The notes: generated by a model from the sequence alone, not told the origin. A DNA stretch of 64,000 nucleotides from Nemertoderma westbladi (GCA_032718475.1 JAUCBJ010007057.1:17494-81493); one strand, 5' to 3'; positions 32,789-45,332 are shown, numbered from the stretch's first letter. Numbers and translations: made by a program.

Positions 32789-33969
32789 TGTTCGCGCTTT
32801 CAGACCTTTGGCAGTTTAACCCGCCAAATTAAGATGTCTTCTAGATATTAAATCGTTTTTAGTCTATGACAAGTATTTGATTCACTACACTAGTCGAAAC
32901 CAATCTGTGCGCGACCATTCACCCGCTGGATATTCCCGGGAGATTGGGTTCGACGGTTTAATTTTATTGCTATGTAAGCCTAATGTATTATTCGACTGAC
33001 AGTATTATATAATCTCTGACAATATTATTCACCTTCGGGAATATTAACAGTTCCTTTAGGACGTGGCGCTTTATCTATATAAACAGAGTTATGACTTAAA
33101 CTACTCACAACGATATGGCTTAATTATAATTCACATATATGGCGCATTCTTTAGGAATTGCTTCTTTAACAGACTCACTCATACACAATGCTGCACAATA
33201 CTGCACACTAATCTGCCAATCTTCATTGATTTTAGTCACATATAAAAGGAACACAGACTGACTCATGTAGGGTCTATCAAATAACATTAGATTCACTTCA
33301 AACCACTTTAACATAAGTCACAATCGTTTATCTGTAACCCTTCTCTCTTACCTTCGGTATATCAAGAATATTGGGTTTCGGGGTTATTTATCGTTATTCC
33401 AAATATAATAATTCATCAACCATATTATGAAGAACTGACAGTAAATAGCAGTATAAAACAACAACTGAACACTGATTGTTATGAGTTTGCAATGTTTCAG
33501 CAGTCAGTATGTATGATCAGTTAGCAGTTAAAGGATATATGTCCTTATAATTAAACCTACTAGTGTAAGACTAAAAACTGAAACACGGAGGTGCCAAAAG
33601 CCGGTTCTTAGGCTCTGGGCAAAAACATAACACTGAACTACTGAGTTTCTGTATATACCTCCAACACAGAGACAACAAACGCTCTGATTGGTCAACCTGA
33701 ACAACGAGAGAACAAAGAAACAAAGAAACGTCGACGTGGCAATATCAGCTGCTAGCCGTCGTCATGGTAGCGACACTGTTTTCAAGAGTATCGAGCTTTT
33801 ACGTCACGGAATTACGGATTATGTCCTCTAAAGTACAAATACAGAAGAAATAGCTTTTATGTCCGCTAAAACACCAGTACAGCAAGGACACGGCCTTTTT
33901 ATGCCTGGTAAACCAACTACAGAGTATTTTAAGGGAAAATAACCGACTAATTACGCAAAAGCTTTTACA
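32789..33969 (-). repeat. E2 3' LTR (1181 bp)
   Basis: TGTTCGCGC...TTTTACA on the plus strand; near-identical to 47511-48701. Confidence 0.97.
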
Positions 33970-34047
33970 CCGCTCCCAGAAGATGGGATTTAAGTTTATA
34001 AAATATAACAAATCACAGTTTCTAAAATATAAAAATACTCTAAACAG

Positions 34048-34202
34048 TTAGTCTTTCTTGCGCGGACGGCGTTTACGCAGTTTTTTAAAGCTATCAAGAG
34101 TCATTTTCTCTTTGGGGGAAGCCACTTTACTAGGAGGGCCATAACTCCTGGGTGAAGGGTGCAATATGATTGCATTAAAAGGTTTGGGTTTACGGTCGGT
34201 GT
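34048..34202 (-). pseudogene. Remnant C-terminus of accessory ORF3 in E2
   Basis: TDRKPKP...LHPSPRSYGPPSKVA...KKLRKRRPRKKD matches the end of E1 ORF3; upstream sequence does not align. Confidence 0.75.
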
Positions 34203-34868
34203 CTCGTCCATTTCGATATGCTTCTCCTCGAGCTGATTTTCCTCCGCTTGTCATGGAATACGTTCGTCCAAAACTCTCGCAGAGAATAGGGTTTTCTAAG
34301 CTTGATATCTTCTTTGAGATTCGAGGTTTCCCAATCGAACTGAGAGAAGGCCAATTTGTTTATCGATTGGACTTACTGTTGTAACTTACGTTTATCTGAA
34401 CAAACGCAGGTTTCTTTTTGATCTTTATAGAATAGCGTTTACCTCGTTTCGTACAACGCTCTCCTTCACCTTGATGAAGGGTTGTATCGCGTTAAACGGG
34501 ACGACCATACGGTTGGATAGTGATATTAGGTGTCTGCGTCATAATCCAGCTAGGTAAGATGGGCGGCTAGCTAGAAATCACTGTCGGAGTGTTACCGATT
34601 AATTGTTAGGGTAGCACTAGATCTTGAACAGTGAATACTGTCCGCGAGGATCCGCGACACCACCAGGATCGCAGGTCTGAGGTCCAACTAAGGAATGAGG
34701 AGGTTTGACCGAGTATTCCGGGACTCTGATCGTAGGTTTACTCTAGGATCGTTAGAGCCGAGTGAGCATAGGTGATACGTCAAACAAGTTTCGCTCGAAA
34801 CTCCAGTAAATATAACGAACACAACTGTGTTTAACACAACGTTTCCGTGGATGTTTATGTCTTTCCGT

Positions 34869-35564
34869 TTATTGGCTGGGTCTAGGGCATTTACCGTAAT
34901 AATACCCAAAAACGTACGTCTTGTAGGGGAAACGCGAGTGATCTTTCTCCAGCTTACAATATTCCTCCATCCGTTCGAAGCTATTCGGTACAACAGGTAG
35001 CGGTCGATCGGCGGTAAGATACATCATAGGGGAATCGAGCCGTTTGAGTTCTACCATGCGGTCATGATGTATACCTTGAGGATATCGAGTTTCTAGATTT
35101 TGTTGACTGGCAATATTGAGATATGTTTCTATCAGGAATTCCAGATAATCGTTGAAGTCGCTGCGTTTATCCGGCTCCTCAACGTCTTCTCTTTCGAGTC
35201 TGTTTCGAATAGAATTCTCGTGTTCCATTCTCGGTTTATCGTTCCGCCTCCGCTGGGTAGGATATTTCAATCGTACCATTTCCCTTTTGGTGTCGACATT
35301 GTCCGTATCGTGTAAATCGATAGGATGACCAGTAGTTAAGAAGCCCATATACGTACCATTACGCTGCGTATATCGAGCAGCGAATTTTCTATAGTCCAAC
35401 TCTCGCGAGAGCTGCACTTGGGACATTGTCGGTTCGATATAACGACCATCGTCCTCTGCAGCAGTTGGACTAACGTCGCCGCGTATTAAGCTATCAACAA
35501 ACGCTTGTAAAAGTAGAGTATATCGCTCCCCGATACCAAGACCATCTTCTATCAACTCCGTCAT
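34869..35564 (-). CDS. E2 accessory ORF2, 231 aa; unknown function, probably truncated
   Basis: ATG and N-terminal ~129 codons are conserved with E1 ORF2. Confidence 0.65.
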   Translation of the reverse strand: MTELIEDGLGIGERYTLLLQAFVDSLIRGDVSPTAAEDDGRYIEPTMSQVQLSRELDYRKFAARYTQRNGTYMGFLTTGHPIDLHDTDNVDTKREMVRLKYPTQRRRNDKPRMEHENSIRNRLEREDVEEPDKRSDFNDYLEFLIETYLNIASQQNLETRYPQGIHHDRMVELKRLDSPMMYLTADRPLPVVPNSFERMEEYCKLEKDHSRFPYKTYVFGYYYGKCPRPSQ

Positions 35565-37220
35565 GTCTGCTATATATGAGTTTATCCATATTATAAGGAG
35601 TTTATATTTAGGCTAGCGAGCGTCGCTGCCTACTCCAATTAACCCCCGGACAGTACGAGATCCTCAGCGCCGATGTGTCGTCGCCGCGGTACTTTCGCCA
35701 ACGACGTAGCCGCACAACGACAACGACAACCGGCACAAGTCACTCGACTGTCCGTCCCAAAGGCTTAGATGTACTTCAGGTTTTCCTTGGAGAGTTAGGT
35801 TACTTTTACGATTGCGACTGGCTACTGTAAACACACCTTAGCAGTAACATTCACCTATAAACTCACAAATACCACACACACAACTTGTCACAAATTACAC
35901 ACATTCGGGCCATTTGTCCGTTAGTCAATGCCTTCCAGAATGTCACTGTATTAGTATGTATCCTTGGATACTAGCAGTGCGCTATTTATTCCCTATGCTA
36001 TTCAATGGGACAAGCTTTCTATTGTTCTTTTAACTCAATTCTAATTCTAGCGTGGTTGTTGCTATGGTGACATTATGCAAAGCTAGCGGTAGAATTAGGG
36101 TGATTCCAATGCATACAGATCTGGGATGTTATTTAATAGGAATTCTTTAATAGTCAATGTCCTGTTTATACATGACTTTACGAATTTTATCGGCTATTAA
36201 CTATGTTTGGGAGACTTTCGTACACGCCATACGCATAATAATATAAATCTCCGCTCCCTTGATCTATTAATTAATGGAATTTTGGGAACTGTTATAAATC
36301 GCGTAAAATGGCAATTTATTAAATTCATTAAAAGACATGAATTTAAATTTATTCCCTGAAATTTTATTATTTGATAATTAAATGGGCATATTTTGATTCT
36401 AGAACATGTCTAGGGACACAAGATCCTTAATTCTAAGAAAATTGTCTCTTTAAGAATATCGGTAAATGCTACGATATCTTAATTGACTAGAATTGTTGAA
36501 GGATCTGAATTTTACAGATTTTGACTTATTTGATTTGTAAATATTAACTAATTAATATTTGAGATGGGCACCGATTTATTCCAGAACTTGTCTGGGGACG
36601 TTAACCACTGATTCTAGAATTTGTCTTTCAAGTATATCGGTGGGTGCCGCGATATCTTAATCGACTAGAATTACAGATGGTCAAAGGGTTTAACAGATTT
36701 ATTTTGCGTTATACGCTACTGTTAAAGGGACATCACGCTACTATATGTATTATTTAATATACGGTATGAGAGCAATATCGCACGAAGCAATGTCAGTGTG
36801 AAGAGGCAAGTCGTTTCCAAGGTCTACCCAGAGCTTGGTTTAGCCGAGACACGAGGATCTGAACTTTGCATTCCTAATACTCTGCCTACCAATAATACTA
36901 AAATATAGTAGTGGCTTTATTGTACTTTGGTAAGTACAGACATTTCATCTTACTGTAGTTACGTATTTATAATATAATACGGACAGTAAGGAAAGAGAAA
37001 AAATAATTATTTCTTCGCCGTCTCACTAAATATAATATAAGTAATTACGTACGTAATAAACACGAATATATTGCACTATTCTACAAAATAATCGCCAAAA
37101 TAATATTCTACTAAATTAAATAAAACGATTATAATAAAATTACATAGTAATACATACATAAATATAAAAATGATAAAAATAATATAAAATAATAGAGTCA
37201 CACGCCCACTCCGAACGATA

Positions 37221-40200
37221 TTAAGTTGGGGAGTCCCTAGATGTCGGTTGGATTAGGGAAGTGGTCGTGGGAAGAGTTTCTTGCCTTCCATAGTTTCCGG
37301 AGAGCTCTCTGTCTCTTTCCAGTAAACATAAACGTCCCACTGGGCGATTGAGCTGCTGAGTCTCAAAGACTATCCCTGGTTTCTTAAAGTTCCGCCGCAT
37401 GACGACGAGCTCTACAGATCGCACCAAACCATCGCTCGAGATATAAGTCTCGATGATACGTCCTGTTTGCCATCGCTTACGTGGGAGATCGGGGTCCACA
37501 ATAAGCACCATGTCTCCAGCGCTGACGTTTTCTTGCTGCGCAAACCACTTAGTTCGAAGTTGTAGAGTGGGCAGGTAATGTTTCTCGAAATGGTCAGCGA
37601 AACGACGGGATAGCAACTGCATAAGTTGCCAGGTTCGACGGCAGTACTCGTCTCCGTCTGTAATCTCCGATCGTGGGAGCATGGCTACGGGTTTCTTCAG
37701 TAGAAAGTGCGCGGGTGTTAGCGCTTCCAGGGAATCAGGATTTGAAGAGACTGGCATAAGCGGTCTTTCGTTGAGATAGGCGGCGATTTCCTCCATTAAC
37801 GTCCGCAATAGTTCGTCGGTGAGATAAGCGCGACAAGGCACAATAAAGTGGAACGCAGTCTTCACGCTCCTAATCAATCTCTCCCAACTTCCTCCCCACC
37901 AAGGGGCGTCGGCGGCGTTGAAGGTCCAGCTAGACGCTGTTATCCTTAGCAGATCGTCCACCTGTCTTTTGTTCCAGTCCTTTACGTAAGCTTGAATTTC
38001 ATTGTTGGCGCCAATGAAGTTCGTTCCCTTATCCGATCTCATCGTGTTACTGGTTCCGAAACGAGCGATCTGTCGTCGTAAACTCAACACGAAGCTGTTG
38101 GTGGATAGATCGTTTACCATATCGAGATGGATAGCTCTACAAGTCATACAAACGAAGATGACACACCATCTCTTGACTATAGTCCGGGCACGATATACTT
38201 CAATAGGGCCAAATAAATCCACACCGGTATTAGTAAAGGGTGGTTCATAGAAGCTTACTCTTTCCCTAGGTAATTCTGCCTCTCGCTGTGTTAAAGGCCT
38301 ACTGAATGCTTTCCTACAGGGTATGCAGTTCCTAAGAACTTGGTTCAGAGCCCTACGAGGTTTATAAAAATAATAGCGAGTTCGAATTTCGCTCAGAACT
38401 CGTTCTCTACCAGCATGGTACAGTTTGCTATGAACATCTACAATTATCTTGATTTGTATGTCAAGATTTCTAATAAGTATGGGAAACTTAGTGTCAAAGG
38501 ATAATGGGGCGTTTGTTAGCCGACCCCCAACACGTATTAACCCATCTATCATGGTGCTAGAGAAGCGATCCCTTAAGCGCATCTGTGGATTTCTTAACAA
38601 CAGGTAATACTTATCGGAATCCTCATAACATTGTAGAAGTCTCAGCATCTGTTTGTTGGTTTCATCATGCTCCTGGTAACTGATCTTCTCCTTTAGAAAC
38701 CTGTCGGATATCTTGTATTTAGGAAGATCTTTAACAACATGGACTCTTGCAGATGTTGATGGAGCATCATCACTATGGGTCTTTGTCCCGGAGTAACGAT
38801 GATGAAAACATCGTTTTAAATAGGTGACGGCTTTACAGAGTCGATTCCAGGAACTGTAGTGACGTATCGCTCTCTGCAAGAGAGGTGAGAGTCCTTGCGC
38901 GATATCTGGTATTCCAGATTTCCAATCCTTGTCACGGATTTCCAAGACTTCTTTCGTCGTGGCGGTGGGTTTCTGATCCAAAGCATCATCTCCGGAAGTA
39001 AATAATACAGATAGATCAACCGCAGGTTTAAACAACTTCGATTTACTCGCTCGAGTTTTGGGTTTAACTTTCTCCGCTCCCTTGGCCTGTCTGATCTCTG
39101 CTGTTGTGAGATGAGGAGGCCATTCTTCTTCTTCCCTGTAGAGAAAGTCGGGTCCTCCTAACCATTCGGGAGTATTGACCAATTCCTTTGGAGTCGCTCC
39201 TCGGGACGCGATGTCTGCTGGATTAATCGTTCCGGGGCAATGTCTCCATTGGTCCATCATCGTGCGACTAAGTATGATGGCTACCCTGTTGGTAACGAAG
39301 ACACTGAACTGACAGACTTCATTGGTTATATACTCTAACACGAGTAAAGCGTCGGTCCAATAGACAGTTTTCTCTAATGGATAGTCAATCTGTTCGGTTA
39401 CATTCCGGCCGATGGCTGTAGCGTATAGAGCCGCTTTTAACTCCGCTCGAGGAACTTTCAACTTGTTGTTGATTAATGCCTTAGAAGTAACCAAGGCGAC
39501 TTTGATTCCATCCGGAGTTTCCACTCTTAGGTAGGCTACTATACCGATTCCCATATCGCTGGCGTCTCCAAACACATGGAGTTGATAGGAATACGTAGGG
39601 AGAACATGACCAAAATATGAACGGGAAATTATAAAATCCTCGATGGCCGGTAGAGAATCTTCCCATTTCATCCACTTCTTCAATAATTCTCCCTTAAGTG
39701 GATCGTCCCATGAGTGGTTTTCAAGCCACATTTGTTGTACCAAACTTCGAGCAATCAATATAACTGGGCTAATAAATCCCAATGGATCGAAATAAGTGCT
39801 CAGTATACTTAAGCAAATCCGTTTGGTTCGAACTGGATTATCTCGCTGTTTTAGTTGGAAAAACAGGATATCTCGCTCTGTGTCCCATTTCAAGCCGAGT
39901 GTCTTGGTCTCTGGCAGATCATCTTTGATCAAATCGAGATCTTTCGCTCTGCGATCTTCCGCAGGGATCGACTCCAGAAACTCACGGGAGTTGCTGGTGA
40001 ATTTGGTTAATCGAAATCCACCTCTTTTTAAGCACTCTACCGTTCCTTTAGCGACCTCAATGGCTTCCTCAACTGATGGGAGGGACTTCAGATTGTCGTC
40101 CATGTATATGTCTTTCTTGATGTTGTCGATCACTTCCTTAGAGAAGGCCTCTCTGTTGTCCTCTGCAGTGGTACGCACTACCGAACAGGCGTTGGAAGGG

Positions 40201-43200
40201 CTTGAGATTATCCCAAAGGCCTGGATGGTCATCCAGTACTCCACCGGTTTCTGGTTGAGGTCTCCTTCGGGCCACCATAGAAATCGTAAGCTATCCCGAT
40301 CCCTATCCAACACTTTGACTTGCAAGAACATGCCTTCTATATCGGAGGCGAAAGCAATCGAATATTGTCTCAATCTTAAAAGAATTCCCAACAAAGATTG
40401 AAGCAAGTTGGGTCCGGGTAACAATTCAGAGTTAAGGGATTGACCCATGTAAAGAGCGGAGCCATCAAACACTACTCTCACTTCATGTGGTTTACCGGGT
40501 TTAGGAACGTAATGGTGGGTTAAGTAATACGTTCTTTCAGTCACAGGTGTTTCTTCCGGTACTCTCTCCGCGTATCCCTTACTAATGAATTTTTCCAGCT
40601 GTGTTTGATACATTGCTTTAGCTGAAGAATTAGCTGTAAGGCGTCGATGGAGTTGCGCGATTCTTTTTTCCGCCAGGGGTCTATTATTGATGAACTTCGG
40701 TTCTCTCTTGCGAAAAGGTAAACCGACTTCGTATCTTCCTTGATCTTTGAGGAAACGTATAGTTGTCTCTTGGATCTGCTTGGCCCTTTCCTCTTCCACC
40801 GACAAGGCTTTATCGTAGGAATTGGGCTCTACCGCCTCTTGCGTAAAGAATCGTACAGCATGTTCATCTCGAGTCTTGGCATTGCAACGTTCAATGACGT
40901 CATTTAACTCGTCGTTATAAGCTTCTCGTTCAGAGGGATAGAGAAGTTGACATAAGTTAACTTGGTTTTGCCAAGCCTCGTTTTCCTTAAGGAGATCGAT
41001 GGTATTCTCCTCATCAAAAAGCTGGTGAACGTCGTCGTTATCTGAGGAGTATGGAATTCCCTCAGTTGAATCGTCTCCTTCACTAGCATCATCTTCCCAT
41101 TCACTCACCTGGCAGACTCTCTCTTGCGGTAGTCTTTCTCGGAGTGTTCTACGGGAAGGGCCAGTAAAGTACCAACCTACTCTAGTTCTTACCGCATAGG
41201 TCTGTAGGGGCTGCGGTTGAGCAGGCCGTTTCTCTAATGTCTCCAGCGCCTCATGCGCGTTTTGGCCGATGAGTATTTGCACTCCAGGATAATCAGTCTG
41301 GAATCGAGGTATGTTAAGATGTTGGATGCTCTCATCCTCGTCCCAATTATAAAGGTCTGCTTGAGTAGTAGCGAAGTTCTTTATAGCCACCATTTTCACT
41401 GACCTTATGCTGTGTTCTCCTAGTTCGTCTTGGGGGGTGGACAACGCTCCTACATAATAATCAGCTGTTACTGTAGATTTCCAAACTTGCATAATGCCTG
41501 ACATGTTGAGCTTAGTTTGGAACTTGGGTTGTCCAGCAAATATATCTTCAGCTAACTCTTTATCGATGAATGTTCCTGTGCTGCCGGAGTCCAGGAGGGC
41601 GTTCACTACATAACTCCTCTCAGGTCCGTGAACCCTTACTTGCACCACAGGAAACTCTCGGATCCCTACATTGGAAGATGGCTCTTTCCAAGATGGTTGT
41701 CGCTCAGAAGTAGTTAGAGTAAAGTCGTTATCTGGATCCTTTTCATATGTGAGTGCTCGATACACTGCGGTATTTATCATGTAACAGGATTCGTTTTCGT
41801 CGGAGAACTCGTCTGTATAGAATCCTTCCATCTCAGATTGATCAGTGTCGTTCACATCACTGAATTGGACATGTAACTCGGAATCACTCACCTGATTCGG
41901 ACTATTTCGATCGAATTCAGCGTGCAACAAGATATGATGTTTCGCACCACACTTTGCACACCTTATGTCAGAGAAACAGGTTCGCCGTTGGTGTCCTTGT
42001 CTGAGGCAATTATAACATAACCGCTTATCCCACATGACTTCGCGTCTCTCTGTTAATGATTTCTTTAGAAATTCATCACACCTATTCAAATGGTGGATCC
42101 CGTCGCACAGCGCACATTTCGGTTTGATGTTACTTACCTTATTCTGAGTCACATTGTGTACACTTGCCTTTTCTTCGGGCTTTCTCACCTGAATTCTCTT
42201 GGGAGACGTGGGAGGAGTTTTTCTTACCTGTTCCCTCCTGTCATTTGTTCGAGACTTGAATTTACTTACCTGATCTTTAGGCAATTTATTCACGTAATAA
42301 GATCTATCCGTGTCCTTCCCGCTATCTTCTCCTTGAGAAGTCTGGCTTTCGCCGTCATCGGTATAACATACTGGTGTTACTTTTCTCCTATAGACGGGTT
42401 TTTCACTTACCTTGCTTTCCGGTGTCTTCTCTCTGGACAGTTTCAGGAGCTGTAATTTCACTTCTCCATCTAGGAATGACATGAGATCAGCCATGGTAGG
42501 GTCTCGCCGTTGTTGTTCCATCATATATAACACTTTCTTATCCCAGCGTGTACCTACTCCACCTTTAGGTAAAGTAGAAGCCACTGCTCTAATAACCATA
42601 GTGTTCTGATACTCATGAGACTTACCTAGCCAATCTAATTGTCTGCAGATCTCCTGGATCTCATCGGAAAACTCGATAATTCCGCTACTAATAAACTTTC
42701 GGGGCGCTACTAATTTTGCATACAAGTACCCAGCGATATTATTCCTATTACCATACCTGATGTTTAGCGTATCCCAAACTTGTCTTAATCCGTCTGGATG
42801 TCCAATAAACTTTAACGCCATTAACTTGGGAGATCCATCCAAGCACTCGATGAGGTATCTAAGTTTTTCTCCATTAGATAGTACAGAGTTCTGTATGTTA
42901 TCTTTGTAATATTCATTAAAAGGTAACCATTTCATCTCATCTCCATTGAACTTGACGATCTCTCCCACCTTTACCGCTTGCCGGGCTTCGGTTCTAGCCA
43001 TTTGACGCGTAAAACTTTCTTGGGCCATCGTGTTATTTAATATCGAGTTATCGGTATATAAATTTCTCGGATTATGATCAGTTCTATATGGAATATCATT
43101 ATCAACAGTTCTATAATTACCCTTAATAGGGTTCACTATAGGAGTTTCAACTTCGCTAGCAGTATATATGCGTGTAGGCTCCACACCTTGCGCATGAGAT

Positions 43201-45332
43201 ACTTCAGACCTAACAGGTTGACACATTGTTACTGAGGATGGTGGTATACCTCTTTGTGTGTTTACTAATTTATCGCGCTCTAGCGCGATACTTTGCTGCA
43301 CTTCTTGCAACTCTAGCCTACTTTCCCTTACTGTGCCCTTGAACTGCTGGACAGTCTCCTGCATCTGTCCGAGCAGGATATCCATCCCCCGCCGTCCCTC
43401 GTCCACCCATTCGACCGCCGAAGCGGGAGTCGCCAACGTTGTAGCGGGCGGACGATGGACAACGGGCGACAAATTATGAATATTGCGCTCGGGACCCAGG
43501 ACCTGAACTGTCTCTGGGGCAGTTCTACGGGGCACAGGTAGCTTAGTGCTATGCAGAGGGAATTTAGAGGTAGTCTCAGGGAGCACAGGTGTGTCTATCA
43601 CCGAAGGGGTGATTTCAAGAACAGGCCTAATTATTTCAGGCTCATCTACTATAGTAGGGAGTCTTTCTATTTTAATTATTTGGTCTGTGGGCTCTGTACT
43701 ACCTAAGTTGGTGTTATTTAGTTGCCTTCTAACAGCTGGAGCCAAATCAGGCAATTTCTGACGGTGGAATGTTCTTTTACGTCTGCTTAGACGAGATCTA
43801 TTTCCTTTGCCTTCAGTATCGGTGGTATCGCCTTCCTCCGATGATGTATATCCCTGTCTTTTGGGAGTAGATCGATCCATCATCTGCATATTGCTAGCCG
43901 TTAACTGTTTATTTATGCAGTCTTGATTCTCCTGAATGTTTTCCAATTCTAACTGGGTGGTTTCTTCAGTCGCTCTCCGTTCTGCTTCTGCCACTGCCTC
44001 TGCCGCCTTTCTTTCAGCTGCTGCTTCTGCCAAGGTCGCCTTTGCTTCTGCCGCTGCCTCCGCCGCCTTTGCCTCAGCCGCTGCCGCTTTTGCCTCTGCT
44101 GCTGCCTCTGCCGCTGCCACTTTTCTTTCTGCTTCTGCAGCTACCACTGCTGCTTTCTTTCTGTCTTCTATACGTTTTTTCTTTACTTGTTCTTCTTGGA
44201 CTCGTGTCAGGCGGAGTTGTTCATCAAATTTAGCCTGATTCGCAGCCCTCATTTCCACATCGATGGCATCCAACACAAGCTTGGTTCCTTCGCTATTAGG
44301 GCTAAGTCCCTCTAACCTTCTCCTCAACTCGTCATCACCTAAAAAACGCTGATAGTCTGACAGATAGATGTCAATGGCATCCCTCTTATGTGGTTTCTCT
44401 GCCGTCGCTTCACTTTCCACTTGGGAAAAAGTGGCGTCTGTTGATTCTCCATGGGTTGATCGCTCCTCCAGCTGAGCTTTCCACTGAGCTGTTCCTTGAA
44501 CTTGGAGATTCACCCTTTGAAACCAAGTCTTTACGGCAACTTGCAACGACGTGTCTTGTCTTCTTTTAGAAGCCTCCTCAAAGGCGGATAAGATTAGCCT
44601 AATTCGCAGAACTCTTTCTCTAACTTGATAAAGCAGCTGTCCCTGCTCTTGAGGTCCTTGAGGTTGTTTAAACAGTTGTCTTTCTACTCGCTCCATAGAG
44701 CTGAAGAATCCCTGTGCGTATCCGGCTGCGGACCTCTTCCATACAGCTGGATCGATGGTTTCCTTGGCTACTCCCATCCGGTGTATGTCTTCCCAGGCAG
44801 CTTCTGATAAATCAAACGGGAGTCCGGGTCCGGGGAAGTTCCATTGCGACTCGACAATAGACTTCAGTTCTTCACTCGTGTATCCCGCGTAACTATCTCT
44901 CTTTGACCGTTGACTTCTCGCCCAATCGATCTGGTGTTCTTCCACCGCGATCAATAACCTAGTGAGTACGGCTGCAGGAAGGATGAGAAGGGGATCCGTA
45001 TAAGCCGCATCCGTCATCTCTGCTCCGCGCTCGGGTGTCAGCTCTACAGTATCCTCACTACTGGAGCTGCTGGGCCGCTGAGGTATAAGTTCTTGACTCG
45101 CGGGTTGTTGCTGTTCCGCTGCTTCTTGGTCCCGCTTGACCTGAGCTCGGGTGCCTATGATAGACCTACGATGTTGGACTAGCCTAGGTTCTGTTATTAC
45201 TACTGGAGGGATGACCTTCCTCACAGTGGGAGGTGAACTGAATTTACGACCAGACGGTTGTACGTCTCTATCTGAGTCGCAGATAGTTACATCTAATATA
45301 CTGTCTGACAGGTTCTGCTTAGTATCAGACAT
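37221..45332 (-). CDS. gag-pol: BEL/Pao Gag-Pol polyprotein, 2703 aa, apparently intact
   Basis: Same motifs as E1; retains FTSNSREFL after YMDD and TKR..FDPLG. Confidence 0.97.
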   Translation of the reverse strand: MSDTKQNLSDSILDVTICDSDRDVQPSGRKFSSPPTVRKVIPPVVITEPRLVQHRRSIIGTRAQVKRDQEAAEQQQPASQELIPQRPSSSSSEDTVELTPERGAEMTDAAYTDPLLILPAAVLTRLLIAVEEHQIDWARSQRSKRDSYAGYTSEELKSIVESQWNFPGPGLPFDLSEAAWEDIHRMGVAKETIDPAVWKRSAAGYAQGFFSSMERVERQLFKQPQGPQEQGQLLYQVRERVLRIRLILSAFEEASKRRQDTSLQVAVKTWFQRVNLQVQGTAQWKAQLEERSTHGESTDATFSQVESEATAEKPHKRDAIDIYLSDYQRFLGDDELRRRLEGLSPNSEGTKLVLDAIDVEMRAANQAKFDEQLRLTRVQEEQVKKKRIEDRKKAAVVAAEAERKVAAAEAAAEAKAAAAEAKAAEAAAEAKATLAEAAAERKAAEAVAEAERRATEETTQLELENIQENQDCINKQLTASNMQMMDRSTPKRQGYTSSEEGDTTDTEGKGNRSRLSRRKRTFHRQKLPDLAPAVRRQLNNTNLGSTEPTDQIIKIERLPTIVDEPEIIRPVLEITPSVIDTPVLPETTSKFPLHSTKLPVPRRTAPETVQVLGPERNIHNLSPVVHRPPATTLATPASAVEWVDEGRRGMDILLGQMQETVQQFKGTVRESRLELQEVQQSIALERDKLVNTQRGIPPSSVTMCQPVRSEVSHAQGVEPTRIYTASEVETPIVNPIKGNYRTVDNDIPYRTDHNPRNLYTDNSILNNTMAQESFTRQMARTEARQAVKVGEIVKFNGDEMKWLPFNEYYKDNIQNSVLSNGEKLRYLIECLDGSPKLMALKFIGHPDGLRQVWDTLNIRYGNRNNIAGYLYAKLVAPRKFISSGIIEFSDEIQEICRQLDWLGKSHEYQNTMVIRAVASTLPKGGVGTRWDKKVLYMMEQQRRDPTMADLMSFLDGEVKLQLLKLSREKTPESKVSEKPVYRRKVTPVCYTDDGESQTSQGEDSGKDTDRSYYVNKLPKDQVSKFKSRTNDRREQVRKTPPTSPKRIQVRKPEEKASVHNVTQNKVSNIKPKCALCDGIHHLNRCDEFLKKSLTERREVMWDKRLCYNCLRQGHQRRTCFSDIRCAKCGAKHHILLHAEFDRNSPNQVSDSELHVQFSDVNDTDQSEMEGFYTDEFSDENESCYMINTAVYRALTYEKDPDNDFTLTTSERQPSWKEPSSNVGIREFPVVQVRVHGPERSYVVNALLDSGSTGTFIDKELAEDIFAGQPKFQTKLNMSGIMQVWKSTVTADYYVGALSTPQDELGEHSIRSVKMVAIKNFATTQADLYNWDEDESIQHLNIPRFQTDYPGVQILIGQNAHEALETLEKRPAQPQPLQTYAVRTRVGWYFTGPSRRTLRERLPQERVCQVSEWEDDASEGDDSTEGIPYSSDNDDVHQLFDEENTIDLLKENEAWQNQVNLCQLLYPSEREAYNDELNDVIERCNAKTRDEHAVRFFTQEAVEPNSYDKALSVEEERAKQIQETTIRFLKDQGRYEVGLPFRKREPKFINNRPLAEKRIAQLHRRLTANSSAKAMYQTQLEKFISKGYAERVPEETPVTERTYYLTHHYVPKPGKPHEVRVVFDGSALYMGQSLNSELLPGPNLLQSLLGILLRLRQYSIAFASDIEGMFLQVKVLDRDRDSLRFLWWPEGDLNQKPVEYWMTIQAFGIISSPSNACSVVRTTAEDNREAFSKEVIDNIKKDIYMDDNLKSLPSVEEAIEVAKGTVECLKRGGFRLTKFTSNSREFLESIPAEDRRAKDLDLIKDDLPETKTLGLKWDTERDILFFQLKQRDNPVRTKRICLSILSTYFDPLGFISPVILIARSLVQQMWLENHSWDDPLKGELLKKWMKWEDSLPAIEDFIISRSYFGHVLPTYSYQLHVFGDASDMGIGIVAYLRVETPDGIKVALVTSKALINNKLKVPRAELKAALYATAIGRNVTEQIDYPLEKTVYWTDALLVLEYITNEVCQFSVFVTNRVAIILSRTMMDQWRHCPGTINPADIASRGATPKELVNTPEWLGGPDFLYREEEEWPPHLTTAEIRQAKGAEKVKPKTRASKSKLFKPAVDLSVLFTSGDDALDQKPTATTKEVLEIRDKDWKSGIPDIAQGLSPLLQRAIRHYSSWNRLCKAVTYLKRCFHHRYSGTKTHSDDAPSTSARVHVVKDLPKYKISDRFLKEKISYQEHDETNKQMLRLLQCYEDSDKYYLLLRNPQMRLRDRFSSTMIDGLIRVGGRLTNAPLSFDTKFPILIRNLDIQIKIIVDVHSKLYHAGRERVLSEIRTRYYFYKPRRALNQVLRNCIPCRKAFSRPLTQREAELPRERVSFYEPPFTNTGVDLFGPIEVYRARTIVKRWCVIFVCMTCRAIHLDMVNDLSTNSFVLSLRRQIARFGTSNTMRSDKGTNFIGANNEIQAYVKDWNKRQVDDLLRITASSWTFNAADAPWWGGSWERLIRSVKTAFHFIVPCRAYLTDELLRTLMEEIAAYLNERPLMPVSSNPDSLEALTPAHFLLKKPVAMLPRSEITDGDEYCRRTWQLMQLLSRRFADHFEKHYLPTLQLRTKWFAQQENVSAGDMVLIVDPDLPRKRWQTGRIIETYISSDGLVRSVELVVMRRNFKKPGIVFETQQLNRPVGRLCLLERDRELSGNYGRQETLPTTTSLIQPTSRDSPT

